A stretch of DNA of 64,000 nucleotides, taken from the NCBI GenBank assembly GCA_016202695.1, contig JACQOE010000048.1:18292-82291 (forward strand). Reading direction: 5' to 3'. Numbering within the stretch: position 1 is the stretch's first letter; the number at the start of each line of letters is the position of its first letter. A program made the translations under genes and the position numbers. Shown here piece by piece: positions 38,254 through 47,359 of the stretch. This DNA is from Pseudomonadota bacterium. GTDB lineage: Bacteria > Pseudomonadota > Alphaproteobacteria > JACQOE01. The notes under the pieces are model-generated. The model was not told the origin of the DNA and ran no database searches. It was given only the letters and a program-made list of their open reading frames with translations.

Positions 38254-38267
38254 TTGATCTAAATCAA
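38254..38267. promoter_or_regulatory. FNR/FixK-type binding site upstream of the major pilin
   Basis: TTGAT-CTAA-ATCAA, an exact match to TTGAT-N4-ATCAA, in an AT-rich promoter region. Confidence 0.65.
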
Positions 38268-38305
38268 CTTGAAATTCCGTCCTTTTTGGCTGCCTGCGTC
38301 ACGGG

Positions 38306-41300
38306 TCATCCGATCCCGTGCTGGTCCAGATCGGCCTGGACGAGGAGCGTCGCCCCGCCCTGCGCATAGGCGACGAAGTCGAGCCCGTCGAGGGAGACGA
38401 GGCCGACCTCGGTCCAGCCGGGGCCGGCGAAAACCGCGTCGCCGGCATCGCCGGTGAGCGCGAGCGTGTGGCCCTCGCCGGAGAGACCGAGGAGATCGAG
38501 AAGGTCGAGCGTGAGCGTGTTGGCGGTGCCGCCGCCGAGGTCGATCCGCTCGATGCCGCCGAGCATGTCGCCGGCAGGGGCGCCGAGGTCGAGCTCGGGC
38601 GCGGCGCCCGCGAGCAGGGTGTCGTGCCCCGAGCCGCCGTCGATCCGCTGGTCGGCGGCATCGAACACGAGGAGGTCGTCGCCGGCGCCGCCCATCAGCA
38701 CGTCGCTGCCCGGGCCGCCGTCGAGGCGATCGTCGCCGAGGCCGCCGACCAACACGTCGTCGCCGGCGCCGCCGAGGAGGAGATCGTCGCCCGGCCCGCC
38801 CATCTGCGTGACCCGGCCGCTGAAGTCGCCGCCATAGATGACGTAGGCGGCTCCCGAGTCGAGGCCATTCGCATCCTCGGCCATCGCGCCGACGACGATG
38901 TCGGCAAAGCCGTCGCCGTTCACGTCGCCGGCGGCGGCGACCGAATAGCCGGCCTGGTCGAGCTGGCTCCCGCCCACGACCTTGAAGCCGAGGGAGCCGT
39001 CGGCCAGGCCGGGCGCGCCGAGGTCGACGCTCGCCAGGCCGCCCGGCGCGCCGTAGACCAGGTAGGCGGTGCCGGCGAACAGGCCCCTCTCGGCCCCGGG
39101 CGCGCCGACCAGCAGGTCGTCGATCCCATCGCCGTTCACGTCGCCGGCGCCGGCAACCGACCAGCCGGTGAGGTCGTTCATCTGCGCGCCGACCAGCTTG
39201 AAGCCGCCGAGCCCGGCGGCGACACGGGCGAGGTCGACCGAGGCAAGGCCGCCCGCGGCACCATAGACCACGTAGGCCGCCCCCGCCTGCTGGCCGGCCG
39301 CCGCCTCGGCGCGGGCGCCGATGACGAGATCGCCGAGGCCGTCGCCGTTCACGTCGCCGGCCGCCGCGACCGACCAGCCGGCGAGGTCGGAGGCGGCCTC
39401 GCCGGCGATCCTGAAGCCGCCGGCCCCGGCGGCGATGTCGGCGAGGCTGACCGCGGCGGCGGGGCGATCCGGCGCGCCGTAGACCACATAGGCCGCCCCG
39501 GCGAGGCCGTCCTCGCCCGGCGCCCCGACGACCAGGTCGGCGAGCCCGTCGCCGTTCACGTCGCCCGCGCCCCTGACCGAGAGGCCGGCATAGGCGAAGT
39601 CCGTCGCCCCGAGCAGGGCGAACCCGTCGTCGGCGGCGAGGCCGTCGAGCGCGACCGGGCCCTCGCGCGCGGGCGCGCCATAGACGACATAGGCCGCACC
39701 GGCGAACGGGCCGGGCACGCTCACGGCCGGCGCCCCGATCGCCAGGTCGGCGAAGCCGTCGCCGTCGATGTCGCCGGCCCCGGCGACGGACCACCCGGCC
39801 TCGGCAAAATCGCCGGCCCCGACGAGCTTGAAGCCGCCCGTGCCGGCCGCCACCGCGGCGAGGTCCACGGCGCCGAGCCCGCCCGCCGCCCCGTAGACGA
39901 CATAGGCGGCGCCGGCGAAGGCGCCGCCGGCGCCATTCCCCCAGGCGCCGACGATCAGGTCGTCGAGGCCGTCGCCGTTCACGTCTCCGCCCGGGGAGAC
40001 CGACCAGCCGGCGAAGTCGAAGCCGGCCTCGCCGGTGATGCGGAAGCCGCCCGCGCCGGCGGCCACGTCGGCGAGCGCGACCGCGTCCCGCCCGCCCGCG
40101 GCGCCGTACACCACATAGGCGGCGCCGGTGAAGGCGCCGGCGGGATGGCCGGGCGCGCCGATGGCGATGTCGGCGAAACCGTCGCCGTTCACGTCGCCGG
40201 CGCCGGAAACCACATAGCCGGCGTAGTCCGATCCCTGCTCGCCGACGATGCCGAAGCCGACGTGCCGCGGCAGGTCGGGGAGACGGATCACCTCGGGGAT
40301 GTCGCGGACGGCGATGGTGAAGGGCCGCGTGAGGCCGAGGCCGTAGCCGTCGGTGGCGGTGATCTCGATGGCCACCGAGGGCTCGCTCTCGAAGTCGAGG
40401 GCGATGCCGGCCTTGAGCCTGAGGGCCCCGTCGACGATCTCGAAGCGCGGGTCGGAGACGGCGAAGGAATGGCTGTCGCCGGGATCGGGGTCGCTGACGG
40501 CGAGGTGGCCGATGGCGGCGCCCGGATGGCTCTCGAGGACGGTCCCGTCGCTCAGCGCGATCGCCGTCGGCGCGTCGGGCACCGGCAGGACGGTGATGGT
40601 GACGGTCGCGGTCGCGCTGTCGCCGTCGGCGTCCGCGACCCGATAGGCGAAGGCGTCGGTGCCGCTGAAGTCGGCCGCCGGGGTGTAGAGGAACGAGCCG
40701 TCCTCGGCCAGCGTCACCGCCCCGTGCCCGGGCGCCAGCACCAGGCCGAGGCCGGCGACGAGATCGGGCACGGAATCGTTGGCGAGCACGTTCCCGGCGA
40801 CGGGCTGGTCCTCGGGCGTGGTCGCGGCGTCGTCGCGGGCGAGCACGGGCTGGTCGGTCGGATCGAGCGGGGTCCCGTCGACCACCACCTCGAGTCGCTC
40901 GAAGCCGGGGGCGGCGAGGTCGAATGCCTCGAACCGGAAGGCCGGCCCGCACCCCCAGCCCGGGCGCGCCTGTGCCGCCAGGTGATCGAGGAAGCGGGCG
41001 ATATCGGTTTGCAGCGCGGGGTCGACCCACTCTTCGCCGGTGAGCACCAGGCGCAGCGTGTCGATCCCCTTGCCGCCGGAGTAGACGTCGCGGGCCCCGG
41101 CATTCTCGGCGGCCGCGTAGACCGCGAGGTCGTCGCCCTTGCCTCCGTCGACCCGGTCGCTGCCGGCGCCGCCGTCGAGGACATCGTCGCCGTGGCCCCC
41201 GCGCAGGACGTCATCGCCCGCGCCGCCGATGAGCGTGTCGTCGCCGTGGCCGCCGAAGAGCCGGTCGTCGCCATCCCCGCCATCGAGGAGGTCGCTTCCA

Positions 41301-41536
41301 TGACCGCCCGCCAGCCGGTCGTCGCCGGCCCCGCCGACCAGGGTGTCGTTGCCCGGCCCGCCCCACAGCCGGTCGCGACCGGCCCCGCCGAGCAGCACGT
41401 CGTCGCCGCGCCGGCCGAACAGGCGGTCGTTGCCGTCGCCGCCGACCAGCAGGTCATCCCCGCGCCCTCCCTTGAGGGAGGTCGCCGCGTGCGCCGGCTC
41501 AGGCTCTGGGGAAACGGGCTTCGGTGTCTTGCTCAC
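38306..41536 (-). CDS. RTX-repeat, cadherin/Ig-like and 7x FG-GAP (integrin-alpha-like) Ca2+-binding surface protein
   Basis: About 13 N-terminal and 5-6 C-terminal GGxGxDxL nonamers; ARDD..TT.ED and [11 protein letters not shown] Ig-like units; seven GD(V/I)(N/D)GDG..D..(I/V)GA repeats; GAAGGAGG RBS; no signal peptide. Confidence 0.88.
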   Translation of the reverse strand: MSKTPKPVSPEPEPAHAATSLKGGRGDDLLVGGDGNDRLFGRRGDDVLLGGAGRDRLWGGPGNDTLVGGAGDDRLAGGHGSDLLDGGDGDDRLFGGHGDDTLIGGAGDDVLRGGHGDDVLDGGAGSDRVDGGKGDDLAVYAAAENAGARDVYSGGKGIDTLRLVLTGEEWVDPALQTDIARFLDHLAAQARPGWGCGPAFRFEAFDLAAPGFERLEVVVDGTPLDPTDQPVLARDDAATTPEDQPVAGNVLANDSVPDLVAGLGLVLAPGHGAVTLAEDGSFLYTPAADFSGTDAFAYRVADADGDSATATVTITVLPVPDAPTAIALSDGTVLESHPGAAIGHLAVSDPDPGDSHSFAVSDPRFEIVDGALRLKAGIALDFESEPSVAIEITATDGYGLGLTRPFTIAVRDIPEVIRLPDLPRHVGFGIVGEQGSDYAGYVVSGAGDVNGDGFADIAIGAPGHPAGAFTGAAYVVYGAAGGRDAVALADVAAGAGGFRITGEAGFDFAGWSVSPGGDVNGDGLDDLIVGAWGNGAGGAFAGAAYVVYGAAGGLGAVDLAAVAAGTGGFKLVGAGDFAEAGWSVAGAGDIDGDGFADLAIGAPAVSVPGPFAGAAYVVYGAPAREGPVALDGLAADDGFALLGATDFAYAGLSVRGAGDVNGDGLADLVVGAPGEDGLAGAAYVVYGAPDRPAAAVSLADIAAGAGGFRIAGEAASDLAGWSVAAAGDVNGDGLGDLVIGARAEAAAGQQAGAAYVVYGAAGGLASVDLARVAAGLGGFKLVGAQMNDLTGWSVAGAGDVNGDGIDDLLVGAPGAERGLFAGTAYLVYGAPGGLASVDLGAPGLADGSLGFKVVGGSQLDQAGYSVAAAGDVNGDGFADIVVGAMAEDANGLDSGAAYVIYGGDFSGRVTQMGGPGDDLLLGGAGDDVLVGGLGDDRLDGGPGSDVLMGGAGDDLLVFDAADQRIDGGSGHDTLLAGAAPELDLGAPAGDMLGGIERIDLGGGTANTLTLDLLDLLGLSGEGHTLALTGDAGDAVFAGPGWTEVGLVSLDGLDFVAYAQGGATLLVQADLDQHGIG

Positions 41537-41608
41537 GGGACACCTCCTTCAGGACGCAGGCGACGCGCGCCGAGGCCGAAGGCCGCCTCTCTCTCGATCC
41601 CTGCCTGG

Positions 41609-41644
41609 GCATAAGAAACCATATAAAAAATATGGTATTTATGC
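41609..41644. promoter_or_regulatory. AT-rich palindromic operator candidate upstream of the RTX/FG-GAP gene
   Basis: ACCATAT-AAAAA-ATATGGT core with outer GCATAA/TTATGC arms. Confidence 0.5.
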
Positions 41645-41723
41645 GAAGGATTCCAAGGCTCCCATACCGCAATTGCGAAGGGACGCCGGAGGCGAGGGCG
41701 GACAGGGGGGCGGGCGGCCCCGC

Positions 41724-42302
41724 TCAGGGGGCGCGAACGAGGAGGGTGAGGGTGTCGAGCGCCTGGCCGGCGGCTCTATCGGCGCCTTCCCCGGTGCGGA
41801 TGCGAAGGGCCTGGGTGCTGCCGCCGACACCGTTCCCGCCGACCGGGCGGGCGCTGCGCAGGATTGCCCGGCCGGCGGCAAAAACGACCGGCCGGTCGCC
41901 GAAGAAGAGCCGGTAGGGCGCCGCGTCCCGGGGGCGCCCGTCGCCGTCGTCGCCCGCCGCCGGGGCGGCGGCGCCGTCGGCCATTGCCCGGGTCAGGATC
42001 AGGTCGTAGCCGGAGGCGAGGTTGCCCTGTTCGTTGACGACGATGAGGGCCTCGCCGAGGGTCTGGCGCTCGGGGTCGAAGGAGAGGGTTGCGCTCTGCG
42101 AATCGAAGGAAACCCCCGGCCCGGCTGCGCTCAGGGCGACCTGCACGGTGCGGTGGACGACGCCGCGGAGCTGCAGCGTCGCTCGGTCCTGGGCCGGCCA
42201 GGCGGGTGCGGCGCCGGCGAGAAGGAGCGTCGCGAGCACAAGCCCGGCGCCGAGCCTCGCCAGGCACGGACGAGCCCCCGATCCCTCGCACGCACACGCC
42301 AT
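41724..42302 (-). CDS. secreted pilin-like minor subunit
   Basis: Signal peptide; ATLQLRGVV N-strand, GYDL.L and C-terminal DTLTLLV, mirroring the major pilin. Confidence 0.6.
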   Translation of the reverse strand: MACACEGSGARPCLARLGAGLVLATLLLAGAAPAWPAQDRATLQLRGVVHRTVQVALSAAGPGVSFDSQSATLSFDPERQTLGEALIVVNEQGNLASGYDLILTRAMADGAAAPAAGDDGDGRPRDAAPYRLFFGDRPVVFAAGRAILRSARPVGGNGVGGSTQALRIRTGEGADRAAGQALDTLTLLVRAP

Positions 42303-42350
42303 CGCGCACCCCGTTGTCGAAACGCGGGGGGTCGCCCCCCTGATGGCTTA

Positions 42351-42366
42351 TGCAAACTACGTGCCG
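42351..42366 (-). promoter_or_regulatory. sigma54 (-24/-12) promoter
   Basis: Minus strand CGGCAC-GTAGT-TTGCA, near the TGGCAC-N5-TTGC consensus, about 50 nt before ATG 42302. Confidence 0.6.
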
Positions 42367-42420
42367 CCAGACTGGCGGCGTCGCTCGGTGATGCCCCCTT
42401 CCCGGTGCCCGCGACCGGCC

Positions 42421-43275
42421 CTACGAGCCCGACGAGTCGACCGAGACCCTGAGCAGCGAGCGGTATGGACCCGGCGACGCCGGGGACTCGCTGCCGCCGA
42501 TCCGCAGGCACAGCGACCCGATCGCGTTCGGGGCGGCGATCCGCGCCCTCGACGGCGCCGCATAGGCGAGCCGTTCGCCCCCCCGGCAGGCGTTCGGGCC
42601 GTCGTCGAACATCACCGTGTAGGGGATGCTGCTGCCCTGCTCGCCGCGGAGCATGAACCCGCCTTCGGCGCTGGTGACGGTCACCGTGTAGCGGGCCCCC
42701 GCCGCGGCCGCGCTCGCCACCGAGAACACCGTCGCCGTCTCGCTGGCCTTGGCCGCGAAGGGATCGATCAGGGTGGTATCGCCGCCCTCGTGGCGCACCG
42801 CGGGAACGAATCCGTCGGCCGGGTGGCTGTTGGCGATCGCAATCGCCCCCTGGCGCGCGCGCGTCCGCTCGGCGAACGGATCCTCGAGCACCCGATCCCC
42901 GCCCTCGCCCCGCATCACGACCGCGAAGTCGCCGGCCGCGAGACCGCCCGATAGCGCGAGGTCGCCCTGGCGCACCCGGCGCTCGCCGGTGATCGGATCG
43001 ACGAGCACGACTTCGCCGTTCTGCACCGTCAAGGCCACCGCGTACTTTTTCGGCGAGTTGGTGGCGACGGTGAACACCTCGAGCGGCGATTGCGGCCTGG
43101 TTTCCGCCGGCCCGCCGAGCACCACGCTGCCCAGGCTTCCGGCGAACCTGGCGGGCTCCTTGGCACCCGGGGCCGCGGCCAGCGCCGCGGCCGCCACCGT
43201 CGCGGCCAGGGCCAGGGAGAACGATCCGGGCCCCCCCCTCCGAACCAATCGGGCAACCATGCTGTCCATTTTCAT
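42421..43275 (-). CDS. secreted pilin-related protein with internal repeats
   Basis: Signal-like N-terminus; two VF(T/S)VA...Y.V..T...G segments, three DP(I/F) repeats, C-terminal PGPYRSLLRVSV. Confidence 0.55.
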   Translation of the reverse strand: MKMDSMVARLVRRGGPGSFSLALAATVAAAALAAAPGAKEPARFAGSLGSVVLGGPAETRPQSPLEVFTVATNSPKKYAVALTVQNGEVVLVDPITGERRVRQGDLALSGGLAAGDFAVVMRGEGGDRVLEDPFAERTRARQGAIAIANSHPADGFVPAVRHEGGDTTLIDPFAAKASETATVFSVASAAAAGARYTVTVTSAEGGFMLRGEQGSSIPYTVMFDDGPNACRGGERLAYAAPSRARIAAPNAIGSLCLRIGGSESPASPGPYRSLLRVSVDSSGS

Positions 43276-43556
43276 GACGCACCTTCCCCGCGACCGGCCG
43301 CGATCATGTTAAATCTGAATGTGGGAATGCGGCCGCGGCTTTTCCACCATTATCCGTCCTTTGGATGGGCGCCCTCCGCCGGTCCCGGCGGCGACGCCCG
43401 CGTGCGCCATCGCACGCATCTGAATATATTCATATAACATTTCTGGCACGCCGGCATTGAGTCAGGTCAAAGCCGGGGCGGTCGCGACGGCGGCCCTCCG
43501 GGCGGGCCGGTGGGGGCTCCCGGTCCCACCGCGCGGGATGTCTCGTCCTTGAATGT

Positions 43557-43572
43557 TGGACGGGCTCGTGCA
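43557..43572 (+). promoter_or_regulatory. possible sigma54 promoter of tctCBA
   Basis: TGGACGGGCTCGTGCA: GG-N10-GC spacing, imperfect boxes. Confidence 0.3.
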
Positions 43573-43721
43573 TTAACTTGGCCGCTCTGGACCGCGCGGA
43601 AGGGCGGGTTCGGCTGCGCCCCCGATTCCTGCCGGATCGGCTCCCGGCAAAAAAGCCCCGTCGCGGGCCCAGGGAGGTTCGACAACACCGGCAGAAAAAA
43701 ATCAGGTCTGGAGTGACGAAC

Positions 43722-44723
43722 ATGACAAGATTTTCGGTACGTCTGGCGATTGCGACGGCCGGATTCGTGGCCGGGACTCTGGCCGCGGTCACGGCCCTCT
43801 CGCCGGCGGCGGCGGTGGAGATTCCGTGCAACACGGCGCGCGTGATCGTTCCCTGGGCCGCCGGCGGCGAGTCCGACATCATCTCGCGCCTCTTCACCGA
43901 GGCGGCCAACAGGCTGGGCGCCAAGCCGCAGCTTCAGGTGGTGAACATCTCGGGCCAAGGCGGCAACAAGGGGGCGAAGGAGGCGCTCGGCGCCAAGCCC
44001 GACGGCTGCACGGTCTTCAACGCCCACCAGAGCGTGCTGAGCGCCCTGCTCACCGGGCGGGTGGACTTCACCTGGAGCGACTACGCGGTTGCCGGCAACC
44101 TGACGGTGACGCCGTCGATCATCGGCGCCCACCCGTCGGTTCCGTTCGCCAACTTCAAGGAGCTGCAGGCCTACGCCAAGGCGAATCCGGAGAAGGTTCT
44201 GGCCGGCGCCAGCCTGGGCTCGACCAGCCATTTCAACCTGGTGCGGCTGCAGAACGCGCTCGGGGTCAAGTTCAAGTACATCTCCTACGACGGCACCCGC
44301 GAGCGCATGACCGCGCTCCTCGCCAACAACATCCAGATCGGACAGATCTCCGACACCGCCGCCGCCCAGTACCTGAAGTCGGGCGAGCTCAAGGTGCTCG
44401 GCATCCTGTTCAACAAGCGCAGCAAGCTCGCGCCCGACGTCAGGACCGGGGCCGAGCAGGGCGTCGACCTGGTGATCGGCACCAACCGCGGCTTCCTCCT
44501 GCCCAAGGCGACGCCGAAGCCGGCGGTCGAGTACTACACCCAGCTCGTCAAGAAGGTCGCGGAGGACCCCCAGTTCGTGAAGCAGATGGAGGACATGGGC
44601 AGCTTCGTGGTCTACATGGGGGGCAAGGACTACGAGAAATGGTGGGCCAAGGAGTTCGAGGACTGGAAGGAGGACGCGATCGCGGTCGGGCTCTATAAGC
44701 CGATCGAGAAGGGCAAGTCCTAG
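43722..44723 (+). CDS. tctC: tripartite tricarboxylate transporter substrate-binding protein
   Basis: Signal peptide; IVPWAAGGESD...R, N..G.GG..G, KPDG; start at ATG 43722. Confidence 0.9.
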   Translation: MTRFSVRLAIATAGFVAGTLAAVTALSPAAAVEIPCNTARVIVPWAAGGESDIISRLFTEAANRLGAKPQLQVVNISGQGGNKGAKEALGAKPDGCTVFNAHQSVLSALLTGRVDFTWSDYAVAGNLTVTPSIIGAHPSVPFANFKELQAYAKANPEKVLAGASLGSTSHFNLVRLQNALGVKFKYISYDGTRERMTALLANNIQIGQISDTAAAQYLKSGELKVLGILFNKRSKLAPDVRTGAEQGVDLVIGTNRGFLLPKATPKPAVEYYTQLVKKVAEDPQFVKQMEDMGSFVVYMGGKDYEKWWAKEFEDWKEDAIAVGLYKPIEKGKS

Positions 44724-44822
44724 CGCACGCGTCCCGGGGGCTCTCCCCGCGGTGCGGGCGGGGAGGGCCACGACCTCGGTGGGCGTCGCGCGCATTCCCC
44801 GAGCGGCCAGGGAGTTCTGCCG

Positions 44823-45305
44823 ATGGGATCGCTCAATCGCGACAGCGTGATCGCGATCGTGTTGCTCGCGTTCTGCGGGCTGATGTTCTGGGAGACCTTC
44901 AACATCCCGAGGTTCGAGTCGGCGGCGATCGGCTCGGAGGTCTGGCCGCGGCTGATCATCGCCGCGCTCGCGGCGCTCAGCCTCGTCTACCTCCTGCAAT
45001 CGCTCAGGCGGCCGGCGGAGCCGGCGGCTATTGCCGGCCGGGGGGCGTTCCTTCGCGCCTACCGGAACCCGATCTGGTGCTTCGTGCTGTTCGCCCTGTT
45101 CCTCGTCACCCTCGACTACCTGGGCATGCTGCTCGGGGGCGTGCTCTACGTCTTCCTGATGCTCACCGCGCTCGGCAACCGCAGCCCGCGCGACCATCTC
45201 GCGCACGCGGCGATCGCCGTCGGCTCGGTCGGCGTCATGTGGGCGATCTTCACCTACGGCCTCAGGGTGTACATGCCCGAGGGCGAGGTCCTGAGGATCT
45301 GGTAG
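44823..45305 (+). CDS. tctB: tripartite tricarboxylate transporter small membrane subunit
   Basis: G...WP, 4-5 TM segments, C-terminal L.V.MP.G. Confidence 0.85.
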   Translation: MGSLNRDSVIAIVLLAFCGLMFWETFNIPRFESAAIGSEVWPRLIIAALAALSLVYLLQSLRRPAEPAAIAGRGAFLRAYRNPIWCFVLFALFLVTLDYLGMLLGGVLYVFLMLTALGNRSPRDHLAHAAIAVGSVGVMWAIFTYGLRVYMPEGEVLRIW

Positions 45306-45398
45306 GGGCGCCGCCCGCGGCCGCCGGCCCGCGATCCGGCCTCGCCGACGCGGGCGCGCCGACAACCACGAACAGGGGGCCAGTCAGGGAACCGGGAG

Positions 45399-47084
45399 AT
45401 GTTCGTCGAGAACGTGATCGCCGCGTTCGCGGCCGTCTTTGCGCTGAAGAACTTCGTGCTCCTCTCGATCGGCGTGCTGGCCGGGATCGTGGCGGGCGCG
45501 ATTCCGGGCTTCACCATCACCATGGCGGTCGTGCTGGTGCTGCCCTTCACCTTCGGACTGTCGCCGGTGGAGGGGCTCTCGACCATGCTCGGGGTCTTCG
45601 TCGGCGGGTTCTCGGGCGGGCTGATCTCGGCCCAGCTCATGGGCATTCCCGGAACCCCCTCGGCGGTCGCCACCACCTTCGACGGCTTTCCGATGGTGCG
45701 CCGGGGCAAGCCCGGCCTGGCGCTGGGCCTCGGCGTCTGGTCCTCGTTCTTCGGCGGTCTCCTGAGCGCGGCGGTGCTGATCACGACCGCGCCCGCGCTG
45801 GCGCGCGTCGGGCTGGAGTACGGCCCGTGGGACTACTTCATGCTGATCGTGTTCGCCCTCACCATCACCGCCAGCCTCGCCGGCGAGAACATGGTCAAGG
45901 GCCTGATCGCGGGCGTCGTCGGGCTGCTGGCGGCGGCGATCGGCGAGGAGGAGATCAACGGCGTGGCCCGGCTCACCTTCGGGATCGAGTCGCTGGGGCA
46001 GGGGTTCGCCTATCTGCCGGTGCTGATCGGGCTCTTCGCCTTCAGCCAGCTCCTGAGCGACGTGCAGGACCACGAGGCGGCGCGCCGGCCGATGCTCGAC
46101 AAGGCCGCGGCGGCGGTGCGCATCGAGCACTGGGCGGCGATCCGCGAGATCTTCGCGCGCTGGCCCAACCTGCTGCGCTCCTCCGCGATCGGGGTCTTCG
46201 TCGGCATCCTGCCGGCGGCGGGCGGGTCGATCTCGAACATCCTCGCCTACGACCAGGCGAAGAAGGCGTCGCGTCGGCCCGAGGAGTTCGGCACCGGCAT
46301 CGCCGACGGCATCATCGCGCCCGAGTCCGCCAACAACGCCACCGCGGGGGGCGCGCTCACCATCATGATGGCGCTGGGCATACCCGGCGACGCGGTGACC
46401 GCGGTGATGCTGGGGGCGCTCCTGATCCACAACGTCGTTCCCAGCCCGTCGTTCATCCGCGACCAGCCCGTGCTCGCCTACTCGATCTTCGTCGCCTTCT
46501 TCTTCGCCCATTTCGTCATGATCGCGATGCAGGCGGTTGGGCTGCGGCTCTTCCTTCTCTGCACCCGGCTCAGCATGTACGTGCTCGCGGCGGTGATCCT
46601 GTTCTACTGCGCGATCGGCATCTTCGCGCTCAACAACGTTACCTTCGACATCTGGACGATGTTCTGGTTCGGGCTCATCGGCTACGTGATGCGGGTGCTC
46701 GGCTTCCCGCTGGTGCCGATGATCCTGGGGGTGGTGCTGGGCAACATCGCCGAGATCAACCTCAACCGGGCGGTCTCGATCAGCGTCGACCCGACGCTCT
46801 TCCTGGTCCGCCCGTGGTCGCTGTTTTTCCTGATCCTGGCCGCCTTCTCGGCCGCCTTCCCGTGGTTCCAGGCGGCGCGCGGGCGGGCGAGATGGACGCT
46901 GGGGTTCATCCCCGCCCTTTCGATCTCGACCGCGCTGCCGCTCTTCATGATGGGGGGCTGGGTGCGGCCGCTGGTCGGGGCGGTGCTGGTCGGGTTCGGC
47001 CTCTCCCTCCTCTGGCGGCGCGCGCGAGAGGGCTGGCGGCTGGAGGCGCCGCCCGAGCACCGTCCCACCCTGAGCGAGGGCTAG
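45399..47084 (+). CDS. tctA: tripartite tricarboxylate transporter large permease
   Basis: GAIPG, IPGTPS..ATTFDG.PM, PESANNA, LGIPGD. Confidence 0.93.
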   Translation: MFVENVIAAFAAVFALKNFVLLSIGVLAGIVAGAIPGFTITMAVVLVLPFTFGLSPVEGLSTMLGVFVGGFSGGLISAQLMGIPGTPSAVATTFDGFPMVRRGKPGLALGLGVWSSFFGGLLSAAVLITTAPALARVGLEYGPWDYFMLIVFALTITASLAGENMVKGLIAGVVGLLAAAIGEEEINGVARLTFGIESLGQGFAYLPVLIGLFAFSQLLSDVQDHEAARRPMLDKAAAAVRIEHWAAIREIFARWPNLLRSSAIGVFVGILPAAGGSISNILAYDQAKKASRRPEEFGTGIADGIIAPESANNATAGGALTIMMALGIPGDAVTAVMLGALLIHNVVPSPSFIRDQPVLAYSIFVAFFFAHFVMIAMQAVGLRLFLLCTRLSMYVLAAVILFYCAIGIFALNNVTFDIWTMFWFGLIGYVMRVLGFPLVPMILGVVLGNIAEINLNRAVSISVDPTLFLVRPWSLFFLILAAFSAAFPWFQAARGRARWTLGFIPALSISTALPLFMMGGWVRPLVGAVLVGFGLSLLWRRAREGWRLEAPPEHRPTLSEG

Positions 47085-47087
47085 GCT

Positions 47088-47359
47088 CTAGTGCCCCCTT
47101 TCACGGATAGGTGCCACGGATGACGGCCTTCCAGGAGGCGACGGCAAGGAGCGGGACGCGCCGCGATGCCGGGCGCATCGCCAGCGGCCCGCGACGCGGC
47201 CGGCGGCCCTGGAAGGCCGCCCTTCGGGTCGCCGTCCGTGCGCCCTCGGTTCGTCGGCGCCGCTCGCCGATGGTTCCGCATCGCCTTCGCGTCGCCTCCT
47301 GCCGAGGCCCCGCGGAGCGGCGATCACACGTGACACCTATCCGTGAAAGTGGGCACTAG
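47088..47359. mobile_element. 272-bp MITE with 31-bp terminal inverted repeats and CTAG ends
   Basis: CTAGTGCCCCCTTTCACGGATAGGTGCCACG and CGTGACACCTATCCGTGAAAGTGGGCACTAG (29/31); no transposase. Confidence 0.8.

Noticed and set aside
38306-41536. Periodic repeats (27-nt units and GCCGTCGCCGTTCACGTCGCC-like units) as a possible CRISPR or non-coding array
   Set aside because: They are the coding RTX and FG-GAP repeats, degenerate at third positions, with no cas genes nearby
38318-41614. Long antisense ORFs (38318..41614, 2044..4728, 20290..23103, 28694..32788, 52535..55867 and others)
   Set aside because: They mirror or shadow well-supported genes, as expected from GC3 bias, and show no family motifs
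43444-43460. TGGCACGCCGGCATTGA as a sigma54 promoter
   Set aside because: Good -24 box, but no GC at the required GG-N10-GC spacing
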